A DNA stretch of 64,000 nucleotides, taken from positions 1 through 64,000 of the forward strand of contig JBGAOA010000007.1 of the NCBI GenBank assembly GCA_044222065.1, given 5' to 3'. Source of the DNA: Candidatus Eiseniibacteriota bacterium (GTDB lineage: Bacteria > Eisenbacteria > RBG-16-71-46). The notes beneath the pieces are model-generated. The model saw only the letters and a list, made by a program, of their open reading frames with translations. It did no database searches and had not been told where the DNA came from. The position numbers and the translations under genes were made by a program. Below are positions 38,673-47,714 of the stretch, piece by piece. How positions within the stretch are numbered: the first letter of the stretch is position 1; each line of letters begins with the position of its first letter.

Positions 38673-40397
38673 CTACTCCGGGTCGGCGAGCGTGACCGCC
38701 CGCACTTCGTCCAACGTCGTCACGCCGTCGAGCGCCTTGCGGATGCCGCTCTTGCGCAGCGTCATGAGTCCGTCGGCGACCGAGCGCTGCTTGATCTGGT
38801 CTTCGTTGAGGCCGTCGAGGACCATGCGCCGGACGCCCTTCGTCACTTCCATCACCTCGAACACCGCGACGCGGCCCTGATAGCCGGTCTGCTTGCAGAC
38901 GATGCAGCCGCGTCCGCGCGCGAGTCTCTTTCCCACGAGCAGCGGCGCGTCCTCGCCGAGCGCCGCGACCGTTTCGGCGTCGGCGACGTACCACTCCTTG
39001 CAGCGCTCGCACACGCGGCGCACGAGGCGCTGCGCCATCACCATCGTCACGGCGGAGCCAACGAGGTAGCGCGGCACGTCCATGTCGACGAGGCGCGTCA
39101 CCGTGCCGGGCGCGTCGTTCGCGTGCACCGACGACAGCACGAGGTGGCCCGTGAGCGCCGACTTCACCGCGATGTCCGCGGTCTCGGCGTCACGGATCTC
39201 GCCGATCATGATCACGTCCGGGTCCTGGCGCAGGATCGAGCGCAGCGCGCGCGCGAACGTCATGCCGACCTTGTGGTTCGCGTGCACCTGGTTCACGGCC
39301 TCGATGTGGTACTCGATCGGGTCCTCGACCGACACGACGTTCTTGTGGACGCTCTTGATCTCGCCGAGCGCCGAGTAGAGCGTCGTCGTCTTTCCCGATC
39401 CCGTCGGGCCCGAGACGAGGATCATGCCGTAGGGCTGGCGGATCGATCGCTGGAACACCTCGAGGCCCTGGCCTTCGAGCCCGAGATTGTGGATCTCGCG
39501 GGTGAACGCCATCTTGTCGAACAGTCGCATCACGACCTTCTCGCCGAACGCGGTCGGCAGCGTCGAGACGCGGATGTCCACCTCGCGGTCCGGCAGGTGC
39601 ACCGTGAGCCGGCCGTCCTGCGGCAGCAGCCGCACGGCGATGTCGAGGTCCGAGAGCACCTTGATGCGCGAGATGATCGCCATCTGCAGATTCTTCGGCG
39701 GCTTCATGACCTCGTGCAGCAGGCCGTCGATGCGGAAGCGCACGACGACGCGGTCGCGCGCGGGCTCGACGTGGATGTCGCTCGCGCGCTGGTCGATCGC
39801 CTCGGCGAGCATCAGGTTCACGAGCCGCACGACCGGCGCGTCCTCGACCTGCGCGCGCAGCGCGGCGAGGTCCACGTCGGACTCCTCGTCGCTCGCGGCC
39901 GTGAGGTCGATCTTGTCGAGGATCTCGCCGACCTGCTCGGTCGCGCGGATCTCCTGGTAGAACTCCTCGACCGCCTCGCGCACCTCGCTCGGCTGCGAGA
40001 TCCACACCTTGAGCGAGCAGCCCGTGAGCGCGCGCAGGTGGTCGAGCGACACGACGTCGAGCGGATCGCCGACCGCGACCTCGATCTGGTCCTCGTGCCG
40101 CGCGAGCGCCAGCATGCCGGCCTGCTTCGCGAGGTGTTCGGGGATCAGCTTCACCGCGACGGGGTCGGCCTTCGAGAGCCGCTCGGCATCCGCGATCGGG
40201 AGCGAGAACTGCTCGGCGAGCAGCTCGACGACGTGACGCTCCTTGAGCACGCCCATGCGGACGAGCGTCTGGCCGAGACGTTCCTTCGGATCGCTGCGTC
40301 CCTTGAGCGCGCCCTGCAGCTGCTCGGGCGTCACGAGCCCGCGCTCGACGATCAACTCGCCGAAGCGCCGCGTCGAGAGGCGGAACGAAGTCGTCAT
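38673..40397 (-). CDS. pilB: Type IV pilus extension ATPase with MshEN-like N-terminus
   Basis: 'ASDIHVEP', 'PQDGR', 'GPTGSGKTTT', 'LRQDPDVIMIGEIRD', 'TGHLVLSSVHAN', CxxC...CxxC. Confidence 0.93.
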   Translation of the reverse strand: MTTSFRLSTRRFGELIVERGLVTPEQLQGALKGRSDPKERLGQTLVRMGVLKERHVVELLAEQFSLPIADAERLSKADPVAVKLIPEHLAKQAGMLALARHEDQIEVAVGDPLDVVSLDHLRALTGCSLKVWISQPSEVREAVEEFYQEIRATEQVGEILDKIDLTAASDEESDVDLAALRAQVEDAPVVRLVNLMLAEAIDQRASDIHVEPARDRVVVRFRIDGLLHEVMKPPKNLQMAIISRIKVLSDLDIAVRLLPQDGRLTVHLPDREVDIRVSTLPTAFGEKVVMRLFDKMAFTREIHNLGLEGQGLEVFQRSIRQPYGMILVSGPTGSGKTTTLYSALGEIKSVHKNVVSVEDPIEYHIEAVNQVHANHKVGMTFARALRSILRQDPDVIMIGEIRDAETADIAVKSALTGHLVLSSVHANDAPGTVTRLVDMDVPRYLVGSAVTMVMAQRLVRRVCERCKEWYVADAETVAALGEDAPLLVGKRLARGRGCIVCKQTGYQGRVAVFEVMEVTKGVRRMVLDGLNEDQIKQRSVADGLMTLRKSGIRKALDGVTTLDEVRAVTLADPE

Positions 40398-41530
40398 CGG
40401 GGCGCCGCCGATCGCGCCGGAACGCCGCCGGCGATGTTCGCCGCCCGGTAGTGGCGCTTCTGGAGGTGGGCGCGCTTCTCGGTGTCCTCGAAGTACGGAT
40501 GCGCGACCTCGAAGTCGATCGTGCCGCGATCCACGAGCTCGGCGAGCGAATCGTCGAGCGCGATCATGTCCTCCTTGAGGCTCGTCGCGATCACGTTCGT
40601 GATCTGGTGGATCTTGTCCTCGCGGATCAGGTTCTGCACCGCCTGGTTGACGAACAGGATCTCGCGCGCCGCGACGCGCCCGCGGCCGTCCGTGCGCGGC
40701 AGCAGCACCTGGCACACGACGGCGCGCAGCGTGAGCGAGAGCTGCGAGCGGATCTGCGACTGCTGGTGCGGGGGGAACGAGTCGATGATGCGCGTCACGG
40801 TCTGCGAGGCGGACTGCGTCGCCATCGTCGAGATGACGAGGTTGCCCGTCTCGGCCGCGGTCAGCGCGATCGCCATGCTCGAGAGGTCTCGCATCTCGCC
40901 GACGAAGATCACGTGCGGCAGCTGCCGCAGCGCGCCGCGCAGGCCGCGCGCGTAGCTCTTCGTGTCCACGCCGACCTCGCGCTGTTCGATCACGGCGTTC
41001 TTCGGCTCGAACACGAACTCGATCGGGTCCTCGACCGTCACGATGTGCTTGCGCGCCGCACCCTGGTTCAGCTGCTCGACGAGCGACGCGATCGTCGTGG
41101 ACTTGCCGGCGCCGGTCGGCCCCGTCACGAGCACGAGGCCGCGCGTGAGCCCGAGCAGCCGCTGGACGACGTGCGGGGCGAGCCCGATCTCGGTCGGAAG
41201 CGGGATGCGCATGGGAACGATGCGGATCGCGGCGCCCCAGCAGCCCTTCTGGACGAACAGGTTGACGCGGAAGTGGGCCACGCCCGCGAGCACGTAGCGC
41301 GTGTCGAGTTCGAGGTCGCGCAGGAAGCGCTCGTGGAGCGCGGGGGTGAGGAAGCTCTCGGCGAGGCGGCGCGAGTCGTCCGGCGTGAGCGATTGCGTTC
41401 CCGTCATCGGCTGCAGCACGCCCGCGACCGTGACCATGACCGGGTGGCCCGCGGTCAGGATGAGGTCCGAGGCGCCGAGTTCGGCCGCCCGCCTCAGGAT
41501 CGGGTCGCGTTCGAGGAGGATGGCGTCCAT
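40394..41530 (-). CDS. pilT: PilT/PilU-family retraction ATPase (atypical His box)
   Basis: 'ASDLIL', 'FRVNLF', 'GPTGAGKSTT', 'TVEDPIEF', 'QREVG', 'VGEMRD', 'AVQNLIRE'. Confidence 0.85.
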   Translation of the reverse strand: MDAILLERDPILRRAAELGASDLILTAGHPVMVTVAGVLQPMTGTQSLTPDDSRRLAESFLTPALHERFLRDLELDTRYVLAGVAHFRVNLFVQKGCWGAAIRIVPMRIPLPTEIGLAPHVVQRLLGLTRGLVLVTGPTGAGKSTTIASLVEQLNQGAARKHIVTVEDPIEFVFEPKNAVIEQREVGVDTKSYARGLRGALRQLPHVIFVGEMRDLSSMAIALTAAETGNLVISTMATQSASQTVTRIIDSFPPHQQSQIRSQLSLTLRAVVCQVLLPRTDGRGRVAAREILFVNQAVQNLIREDKIHQITNVIATSLKEDMIALDDSLAELVDRGTIDFEVAHPYFEDTEKRAHLQKRHYRAANIAGGVPARSAAPR

Positions 41531-42086
41531 GGGAACGGCAGCGAGCCTCGCAAACCTCGCTCACGCCCCCGAAGGGACGCGGCGAGCCACAGGTCGGACC
41601 CAGAATGCTCTTTCGGGCCTTCCGAAAGCGGGCAAGGGGGCATCGGAAGCGAGCGCTTCGGGACTTGAGAAGTACGGTGGAGTGGATCCCGAAACCGATT
41701 CGAGCGGCGAAGAATAGGCAGCCCCTCCCCGGGGTGTCAACGATCACGCATCGAGCGCGCCACGAGCCTCGACGAGTTCGGCGCGAAGCGCGCGATCGCG
41801 CTCGAACTCCGCGCAAAGCGCACGATCCGAGCGCTCGTTCGTCGTGGTCTCGCATCTTCTCGCGCGCCGCAAGTGCGGCGATTCGAACTCCGATCGACCG
41901 GCTCGCGACTGGCCGCACCGGACGCGAACGTTGCACTCGCGGCTTGTACGGATTGCACGATTCAACGTCCTTCCGCCTCGCGCCTCGCCGGACCCGCGTC
42001 GACCGTGCGGCATCCGCCCCCGAATTCCCCACATTTCCGGCACATCTGCGCCGAATGCCCCGCCCGGCTGCGCGAGGCGACCCGCA

Positions 42087-42102
42087 GGGCACGTTTCTCG
42101 CT
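42087..42102 (+). promoter_or_regulatory. Putative sigma54 promoter for the FN3/PorV operon
   Basis: gGGCACG-tttc-TcGCT, GG-N10-GC spacing, in a 750 bp intergenic region. Confidence 0.4.
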
Positions 42103-42280
42103 GAACGGCCGCGCGGTTCGCCGGCGCGGGGGACGCCCCGGCGGCCATTGCGGTGCACACAGGACGTCCGGGTACCTCCTCTCCCGGCGCCGCCCTCTGA
42201 CTCCTTCGCTCGACTCAAGCGGTGTCCGGTCGTCGTACGTGCAGGGATGCCACGCACGGCGCCGGCTGGGGGATAGCCGG

Positions 42281-43093
42281 ATGAACCTGCTTCGCTCCAC
42301 GCTCACGCTCACGGCCCTCGGACTCGTGCTCATGGTCTCCTCGGTGCAGGCGCAGTCCACCTGGAACAGCGTCACCGTGCGCTGGACCACGCCGGGTGAC
42401 GACAGTCTCGCGGGCACGGCCTCGGAGTTCGACCTGCGCTACTCGACTTCGCCGATCACGATCGCGAACTTCGCCTCGGCGACCCGATTCCTCGCCACGC
42501 CCACGCCCGCGACCCCGGGGACGCAGCAGTCCGTGGTCGTGACGGGGCTCCAGCCGAGCACGACCTACTATTTCGCGATCAAGACCGGCGACGACGTCCC
42601 GAACTGGTCGGGGCTCTCGAACGTCGTCTCGAAGACGACGACCGCGGCGCCCGACGACGTGCGTCCGGCGGCGATCGCGAACGTCGCGATCACGGCGCTC
42701 ACCGACTCGTCCGCCGCGCTCGCGTGGACGGCGACCGGCGACGACAGCCTGACGGGCACGGCGACGACCTACGACGTCCGCTACTCGACGGCGCCCATCA
42801 CGCTCGCGAACTGGGCGGCCGCGTCGCAGGCGACCGGTGAACCGGCGCCGGCGGTCTCGGGCACCGCGCAGTCGTTCACGGTGCGCGGTCTCGCGCGCCA
42901 GACCACCTACTACTTCGCGATCCGGGTCGCGGACGAGGGCGGCAATCCGTCGGCGCTCTCGAACGTTCCGAGCGGCACCACGACCGATACGCTCGCCCCG
43001 GCCGCCATCCGCGACCTGGCCGCGAGCTTCGTGTGGTTCGGCTCGACCCTGAGCGCGGTGCTGCCGCGGCAGCCGGAGCCTTCGTCCCGATGA
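42281..43093 (+). CDS. Secreted protein with two FN3-like repeats
   Basis: Signal peptide, two copies of 'WTxxGDDSLxGTAxx(F/Y)DxRYSTxPITxAN...TTYYFAI....SxLSNV'. Confidence 0.82.
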   Translation: MNLLRSTLTLTALGLVLMVSSVQAQSTWNSVTVRWTTPGDDSLAGTASEFDLRYSTSPITIANFASATRFLATPTPATPGTQQSVVVTGLQPSTTYYFAIKTGDDVPNWSGLSNVVSKTTTAAPDDVRPAAIANVAITALTDSSAALAWTATGDDSLTGTATTYDVRYSTAPITLANWAAASQATGEPAPAVSGTAQSFTVRGLARQTTYYFAIRVADEGGNPSALSNVPSGTTTDTLAPAAIRDLAASFVWFGSTLSAVLPRQPEPSSR

Positions 43094-44103
43094 TCTTCTT
43101 CACGACGCCGAGACGCCCGCGCACGGGCCGGCCCGCGTGGCGGCGATACTTCGCCGGCATCGTCGCGGTGCTGCTCGCGCTGCTCGCGCCGGCGCTCGTG
43201 AACGCGCAGACGCCGACCGACAGCCTGACGCTGACGTGGACCGCCACGGGCGACGACTCGACGATCGGCACGGCGACGCTCTACGACATGAAGTACTCGA
43301 CCTCGCCTATCACGCTCGCGAACTGGAGCTCGGCGCCGAGCGTGCCCGGCATGCCGGCGCCGCTGCCGTCCGGCACGCGCCAGACCGTGAGGCTGCGCGG
43401 CCTGTCGCGCGACACGACCTACTACGTCGCGATCCGCACCCGCGACGACGCGAGCAACTGGTCCGCGCTCTCGAACGTCGTGCGCTGGGACTGGACGCTC
43501 GACACGGCGCCGCCGTCGGCGCCGACCGGCGTCGCGGCCGCGAACGAAGGCGACAACGTGCGCGTGACGTGGAACGCGAACGCGGAGGCCGACCTCGCGG
43601 GTTACTTCGTGTACCGCGCGACCGCCGCGGGCGGACCGTTCACGAAGCTCACGCCGTCGCTTCTCACCGGCACGACGCAGTACCTCGACACGAACGTCCC
43701 GTCGGGCGCCGCGTCCGTGTGGTACCGCGTGACCGCGCGCGACCTCAACCTGAACGAGAGCGCGCAGAGCGCCGCGGCGCAGGCGGTCGTGGGCGGCACG
43801 AACGGCGTCGTCGCCGACTGGACGCTCTCGCCCGGCTATCCGAACCCGAGCCGCATCGGTCAGCCCGTGTGCTTGCCCATGGTCATCCCGGCGAGCGGCG
43901 CGGGCGAGGCGGTCGTGGACATCCTGAACGTCGCGGGCTCGCGCGTGCGGAGGCTCTACGTCGGCTCCGCGCCGAGCTGCCTCGGCGGCATCGAGTGGGA
44001 CGGCCGCAACGACGCAGGCGCCGACGTCGCCCCCGGCGTGTACCGCGCGTGGCTGATCGTGGGCGGCCAGCGCAACGTCATCAAGCTGGTGCGCCAGCCG
44101 TGA
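43090..44103 (+). CDS. Secreted FN3 protein with FlgD-Ig/T9SS-like C-terminus
   Basis: ATGA overlap, third FN3 copy, 'DLAGYFVYR', 'YPNP...ILNVAG.RVR...WDGRNDAG..VAPGVY'. Confidence 0.82.
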   Translation: MIFFTTPRRPRTGRPAWRRYFAGIVAVLLALLAPALVNAQTPTDSLTLTWTATGDDSTIGTATLYDMKYSTSPITLANWSSAPSVPGMPAPLPSGTRQTVRLRGLSRDTTYYVAIRTRDDASNWSALSNVVRWDWTLDTAPPSAPTGVAAANEGDNVRVTWNANAEADLAGYFVYRATAAGGPFTKLTPSLLTGTTQYLDTNVPSGAASVWYRVTARDLNLNESAQSAAAQAVVGGTNGVVADWTLSPGYPNPSRIGQPVCLPMVIPASGAGEAVVDILNVAGSRVRRLYVGSAPSCLGGIEWDGRNDAGADVAPGVYRAWLIVGGQRNVIKLVRQP

Positions 44104-44117
44104 GGAAGGAACCGCGC

Positions 44118-45806
44118 ATGAGACTCCGGATCGCACCGTTCAGCCTTGTCCTCGCGCTCACGCTCGCGCCCGCCACGGCGCTCGCCGGCATCGAGCAGGC
44201 GGGCACGACGGCCGCGAACTTCCTCAGCGTCGGCTCGAGCCCGGCGACGCTCGCGATGGGCGGCGCGGGACTCGCGCGCACGGGCGAGCTCGGACTCACG
44301 ACGTGGAACGCGGCGACGCTCGCGTGGATCGGCGAGACCCGCTACACGTTCTCGCACGCGTCGCTCACCGAGCAGAGTTCGCAGGAGTGGGCGGCTGCGG
44401 CCGGCCGCATGGGCCAGGGTCCGTGGCGCTGGGCGATGACCGGCCTCTACCAGGGCGACGGATCGTTCGATGGCCGCGACGCGCTCGGCAATCCGACCGG
44501 CAGCTTCAACGTTTCGAGCATGGCGATCGGCGGCACGGTCGCGCGCAGCTTCAACGGGCTGTCGGGCGTCGGCGTCGGCTTCAAGTACGTGAGCGAGAAC
44601 CTCGGCGGAGTCACGGGCTCGGGGATCGCGATGGACGCGGGCTTCACTTACGCCGCCGGCCCCGTCAGCCTCGGTGCCGCCGCGCAGAATGCGTTCGGCA
44701 ACATGTCCTACTCCGGCGCGAAGTACTCGATGCCTTCGAACTACGGCGCGGGCGTCGCGCTGAACGTCCCGGCGAGCGGCGTCACGCTCGCGCTCGACGC
44801 GAACTTCCCGAAGGCCTACTACAACGACGTGCGCTTCGGCGCGGAGTGGCGCTACCGCGAGGCGATCGCGCTGCGCGGCGGCTACCGCATGGAACTCGGC
44901 GCGGGCGACGGCGAGCCGCTCTCGGGCCCGACGTTCGGCCTCGGCGCCGGCGCGAACGGATTCTGGTTCGACTACGGCTTCATCGTCGGCGGCGGCGGCG
45001 CGAGCGGACAGCACCGCCTCGGCCTGACGTTCCGTCCCGGCGTGCTCAATCCGGGCGCGACCTCGGTCGCCGCACCCGGCTCGGGCTACTCGACGGGATC
45101 GTCGAAGCCGCGCCTCGCGGACTCCGAGTCGCCGCGCGTCGAGAAGTCGCCGAAGCCTGCGAAGCCCGCGAAGCCGGCGAAGGTCGTGGCGCCGAAACCC
45201 GAGCCCGTCGCGAGCGCCGAGCCCGTGAAGCCGGCGAAGCCCGCGAAGGCCGAGAAGCGCGCGGTGAGCGTCGGCGACGATTCGCCCGTGCTCACGGACA
45301 CGCCGCAGGCCGTGAAGATCGAGCCGACGAAGCCGGCCGAGCCGGCGTCCGACACCGAGGCCGCGGTCGTGTCGTCTCCGAAGACGAAGGCGCCGAAGGC
45401 CGAGAAGGTGAAGACGCCGAAGCCCGAGAAGGTGAAGGTCGAGAAGCCGAAGAAGACCAAGACCCAGCCCGACGCTCCGCTCGCCCCGCTCACCGTGATC
45501 GCGCCCGAAGGCGGCGCGGTCGCGATGGCTGCGCCGAGCGAGCCGGCCGAAGCCGCGGCGCCGAAGGCGGCCGAGCCGGTGCGCGTCGAGGCTCCGAAGC
45601 CCGCGAAGACCGAGGCGCCGGCGCCGGTGGTCGCGAAGCCCGCGTCGCGCCCCGACAAGGTGAAGGTCGGCGCGGACGAGTCGCTCTCCGACATCGCGAA
45701 GCGCTGGGACACGAGCGTCGCCGCGATCATGATGGAGAACAACCTCGTCAGCGACCGCGTGAAGCCGGGTCAGACGCTCAAGCTGCCGCCGCCTTCGAAG
45801 AAGTGA
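44118..45806 (+). CDS. PorV/PorQ-family beta-barrel fused to Pro/Lys/Ala-rich linker and LysM
   Basis: AAGGA RBS, 'GTTAANFLSVG..PATLAMGGA', 'WNAA', 'LRGGY', 'HRLGLTF'; PAK/KPE linker; LysM 'ESLSDIAKRWDTSVAAIMMENNL....VKPGQTLKLP'. Confidence 0.8.
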   Translation: MRLRIAPFSLVLALTLAPATALAGIEQAGTTAANFLSVGSSPATLAMGGAGLARTGELGLTTWNAATLAWIGETRYTFSHASLTEQSSQEWAAAAGRMGQGPWRWAMTGLYQGDGSFDGRDALGNPTGSFNVSSMAIGGTVARSFNGLSGVGVGFKYVSENLGGVTGSGIAMDAGFTYAAGPVSLGAAAQNAFGNMSYSGAKYSMPSNYGAGVALNVPASGVTLALDANFPKAYYNDVRFGAEWRYREAIALRGGYRMELGAGDGEPLSGPTFGLGAGANGFWFDYGFIVGGGGASGQHRLGLTFRPGVLNPGATSVAAPGSGYSTGSSKPRLADSESPRVEKSPKPAKPAKPAKVVAPKPEPVASAEPVKPAKPAKAEKRAVSVGDDSPVLTDTPQAVKIEPTKPAEPASDTEAAVVSSPKTKAPKAEKVKTPKPEKVKVEKPKKTKTQPDAPLAPLTVIAPEGGAVAMAAPSEPAEAAAPKAAEPVRVEAPKPAKTEAPAPVVAKPASRPDKVKVGADESLSDIAKRWDTSVAAIMMENNLVSDRVKPGQTLKLPPPSKK

Positions 45807-45825
45807 GCGCGCATCGCGCGCGAAC

Positions 45826-45862
45826 CGCGCCCGGCGAGGGATCGCCGGGCGCGTTCGTTTTG
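45826..45862. terminator. Terminator between convergent genes
   Basis: CGCGCCCGGCGA-GGGA-TCGCCGGGCGCG-TTCGTTTTG. Confidence 0.7.
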
Positions 45863-45866
45863 CGCC

Positions 45867-46211
45867 TCACTCGCGCGCGGGGCCCGGCGAGTACTTGAGG
45901 ACTTCGACGCGCTCGAGCGTGACGAGCCCGTCGCCGATCATCTCGTCGCACACGGGCAGGAACGCGCGGATGCGGTCCTCGCGGTCCACGATCTCGACGA
46001 CGAGCGGCAGGTCCTCCGAGAGCCTCAGCACCTTCGCGGAGTGGAGCCGGCTCTTCGCGCCGAATCCAAGCACGCCGCGCGTCACGGTCGCGCCCGCGAG
46101 CCCGCGCTCGCGCGCTTCGGCCACGAGCGCTTCGTAGAGCGGCCGGCCGCGCCAGCGGTCGGCCTCGCCGATGAACACGCGCAGCAGCAGTCCGTGACCT
46201 TCGAGCTTCAA
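45867..46211 (-). CDS. DUF190 (PII-like) protein
   Basis: 'LLRVFIGEAD', 'GATVTRG..GFG', 'LSEDLPLVVEIVD'; GGAGG RBS then TTG. Confidence 0.9.
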   Translation of the reverse strand: MKLEGHGLLLRVFIGEADRWRGRPLYEALVAEARERGLAGATVTRGVLGFGAKSRLHSAKVLRLSEDLPLVVEIVDREDRIRAFLPVCDEMIGDGLVTLERVEVLKYSPGPARE

Positions 46212-46230
46212 GGGGCACCTCCGGCGCGGC

Positions 46231-46605
46231 TCAGAGTCTCACGGCCGCGGCGTAGCCCGCGAACGCGGCCAGTACGCCGACCCCGAGCGAGCCGAGCGCA
46301 TAGCCGGCCGCGGCCGTCCACTGGCCGTCCCTGAGCAGCGCGAGCGCCTCGTACGAGAACGCCGAGAACGTCGTGAAGCCGCCGAGCACGCCGACGATCG
46401 CGAACAGCCGGAACGGGGGAGGGACGAGCGCGCGCTCGAGCGCGAGCGCGCCGAGGAATCCGATCGCGAGCGAGCCCGCGGCGTTCACGGCGAACGTCCC
46501 CCACGGGAACGCCCCGCCCGCGGCGCGCTGCACGAGCCCCGAGAGCCACCAGCGCAACAGGCTGCCGATCGCGCCACCGCCCGCGACCAGCAGCACGTCC
46601 CTCAC
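46231..46605 (-). CDS. crcB: Fluoride efflux channel
   Basis: 'GGGAIGSLLR', 'FPWGTFAVN', 'GGFTTFSAFSYE'. Confidence 0.93.
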   Translation of the reverse strand: MRDVLLVAGGGAIGSLLRWWLSGLVQRAAGGAFPWGTFAVNAAGSLAIGFLGALALERALVPPPFRLFAIVGVLGGFTTFSAFSYEALALLRDGQWTAAAGYALGSLGVGVLAAFAGYAAAVRL

Positions 46606-47714
46606 AGCGGGAAGGCCCCGTCGAACTTCGTGCCTTCGCCCATCGCGATCGCGTGTCGCATCTGTTCGGCGAGGTGCGGCGGCACTTCGTGGTAGACGTT
46701 CGTGAACAGGCTCTCGATCGCGGGCGGCGGCAGCGCTTCGGCCTCCTGGATAGCGCTCGAGATCTCGGCGTTCAGCTCTTCGGTCCAGCGCGACTCGTCG
46801 TCGGCCGTGAGCCGGCCCTCGCGCGTGAGATAGGCGCGCACGCGATGGAGCGGATCGCGCTTCTCCCACGTTTCGACGAGCCCCGCGTCGCGGTAGCGCG
46901 TCGGGTCGTCACTCGAGGAGTGGCCGCCCATGCGGAACGTCACCGACTCGATGAACGTCGGCCCGCCGCCCGCGCGCGCCCGCTCGACGGCCTCGCGCAT
47001 CGCCGCGATCACCGCGAACAGGTCGTTGCCGTCCACGCGCACGCCGGGCATTCCGTACGCGACGGCCTTGATCGCGATGCTGCTCGAGCGCGTCTGCTTC
47101 GAGAGCGGCACCGAGATCGCCCACTGGTTGTTCTGGCAGAAGAACACGACCGGCGCCTCGTACACGGCCGCGAAGTTCAGCGCCGCGTGGAAGTCGCCCG
47201 TGGACGTGCCGCCGTCGCCGATGTAGCCGACCATCACCGTCCGCTCCTTGCGGAGCTTCGCGGCCCACGCCGCGCCGACGGCCTGCGGGAGCTGCGTCGC
47301 GATGACGCTCGACCACGCGACCGAGTTCACCTTGCGGTCGCTGAAGTGCATCGGCATCTGACGCCCGCCGAGCACGTCGCCGCTGTTGCCGATGAGCTGG
47401 CAGACGATTTCCCGGATCGTCGTGCCGCGCCACAGGCACACGCCCGTCTCGCGCAGCGCGTGAAAAATCCAGTCGCCCGGCTCGAGCGGATAGGCCGATC
47501 CCGTCACCGACGCCTCCTGCCCGGTCGCCATGCCGTAGAAGCCGATCCGGCCCTGGCGCTGGAGAGACAGCATGCGCTGGTCGAGCGTGCGCATCTTCAA
47601 GAGGTGGCGGAACAGCCGGCGCTGGTCCTCGGCCGGAACGTCGGGCATCGCCCCGACGACGTTGCCGTCGGGATCGAGCACCTGCCGCAGCGTTTCGTCC
47701 ACGAGCGCGTTCAT
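46602..47714 (-). CDS. pdhA: Pyruvate/branched-chain 2-oxoacid dehydrogenase E1 alpha
   Basis: 'LQRQGRIGFY', 'GRQMPMH', 'GDGGTS', 'QNNQWAIS', 'HSSSDDP'. Confidence 0.9.
   Translation of the reverse strand: MNALVDETLRQVLDPDGNVVGAMPDVPAEDQRRLFRHLLKMRTLDQRMLSLQRQGRIGFYGMATGQEASVTGSAYPLEPGDWIFHALRETGVCLWRGTTIREIVCQLIGNSGDVLGGRQMPMHFSDRKVNSVAWSSVIATQLPQAVGAAWAAKLRKERTVMVGYIGDGGTSTGDFHAALNFAAVYEAPVVFFCQNNQWAISVPLSKQTRSSSIAIKAVAYGMPGVRVDGNDLFAVIAAMREAVERARAGGGPTFIESVTFRMGGHSSSDDPTRYRDAGLVETWEKRDPLHRVRAYLTREGRLTADDESRWTEELNAEISSAIQEAEALPPPAIESLFTNVYHEVPPHLAEQMRHAIAMGEGTKFDGAFPL

Noticed and set aside
45140..45470. Short tandem DNA repeats (AAGCCCGCG/AAGCCGGCG)
   Set aside because: These encode the PAK/KPE linker of the PorV-LysM protein. 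They have no spacers and are not CRISPR.
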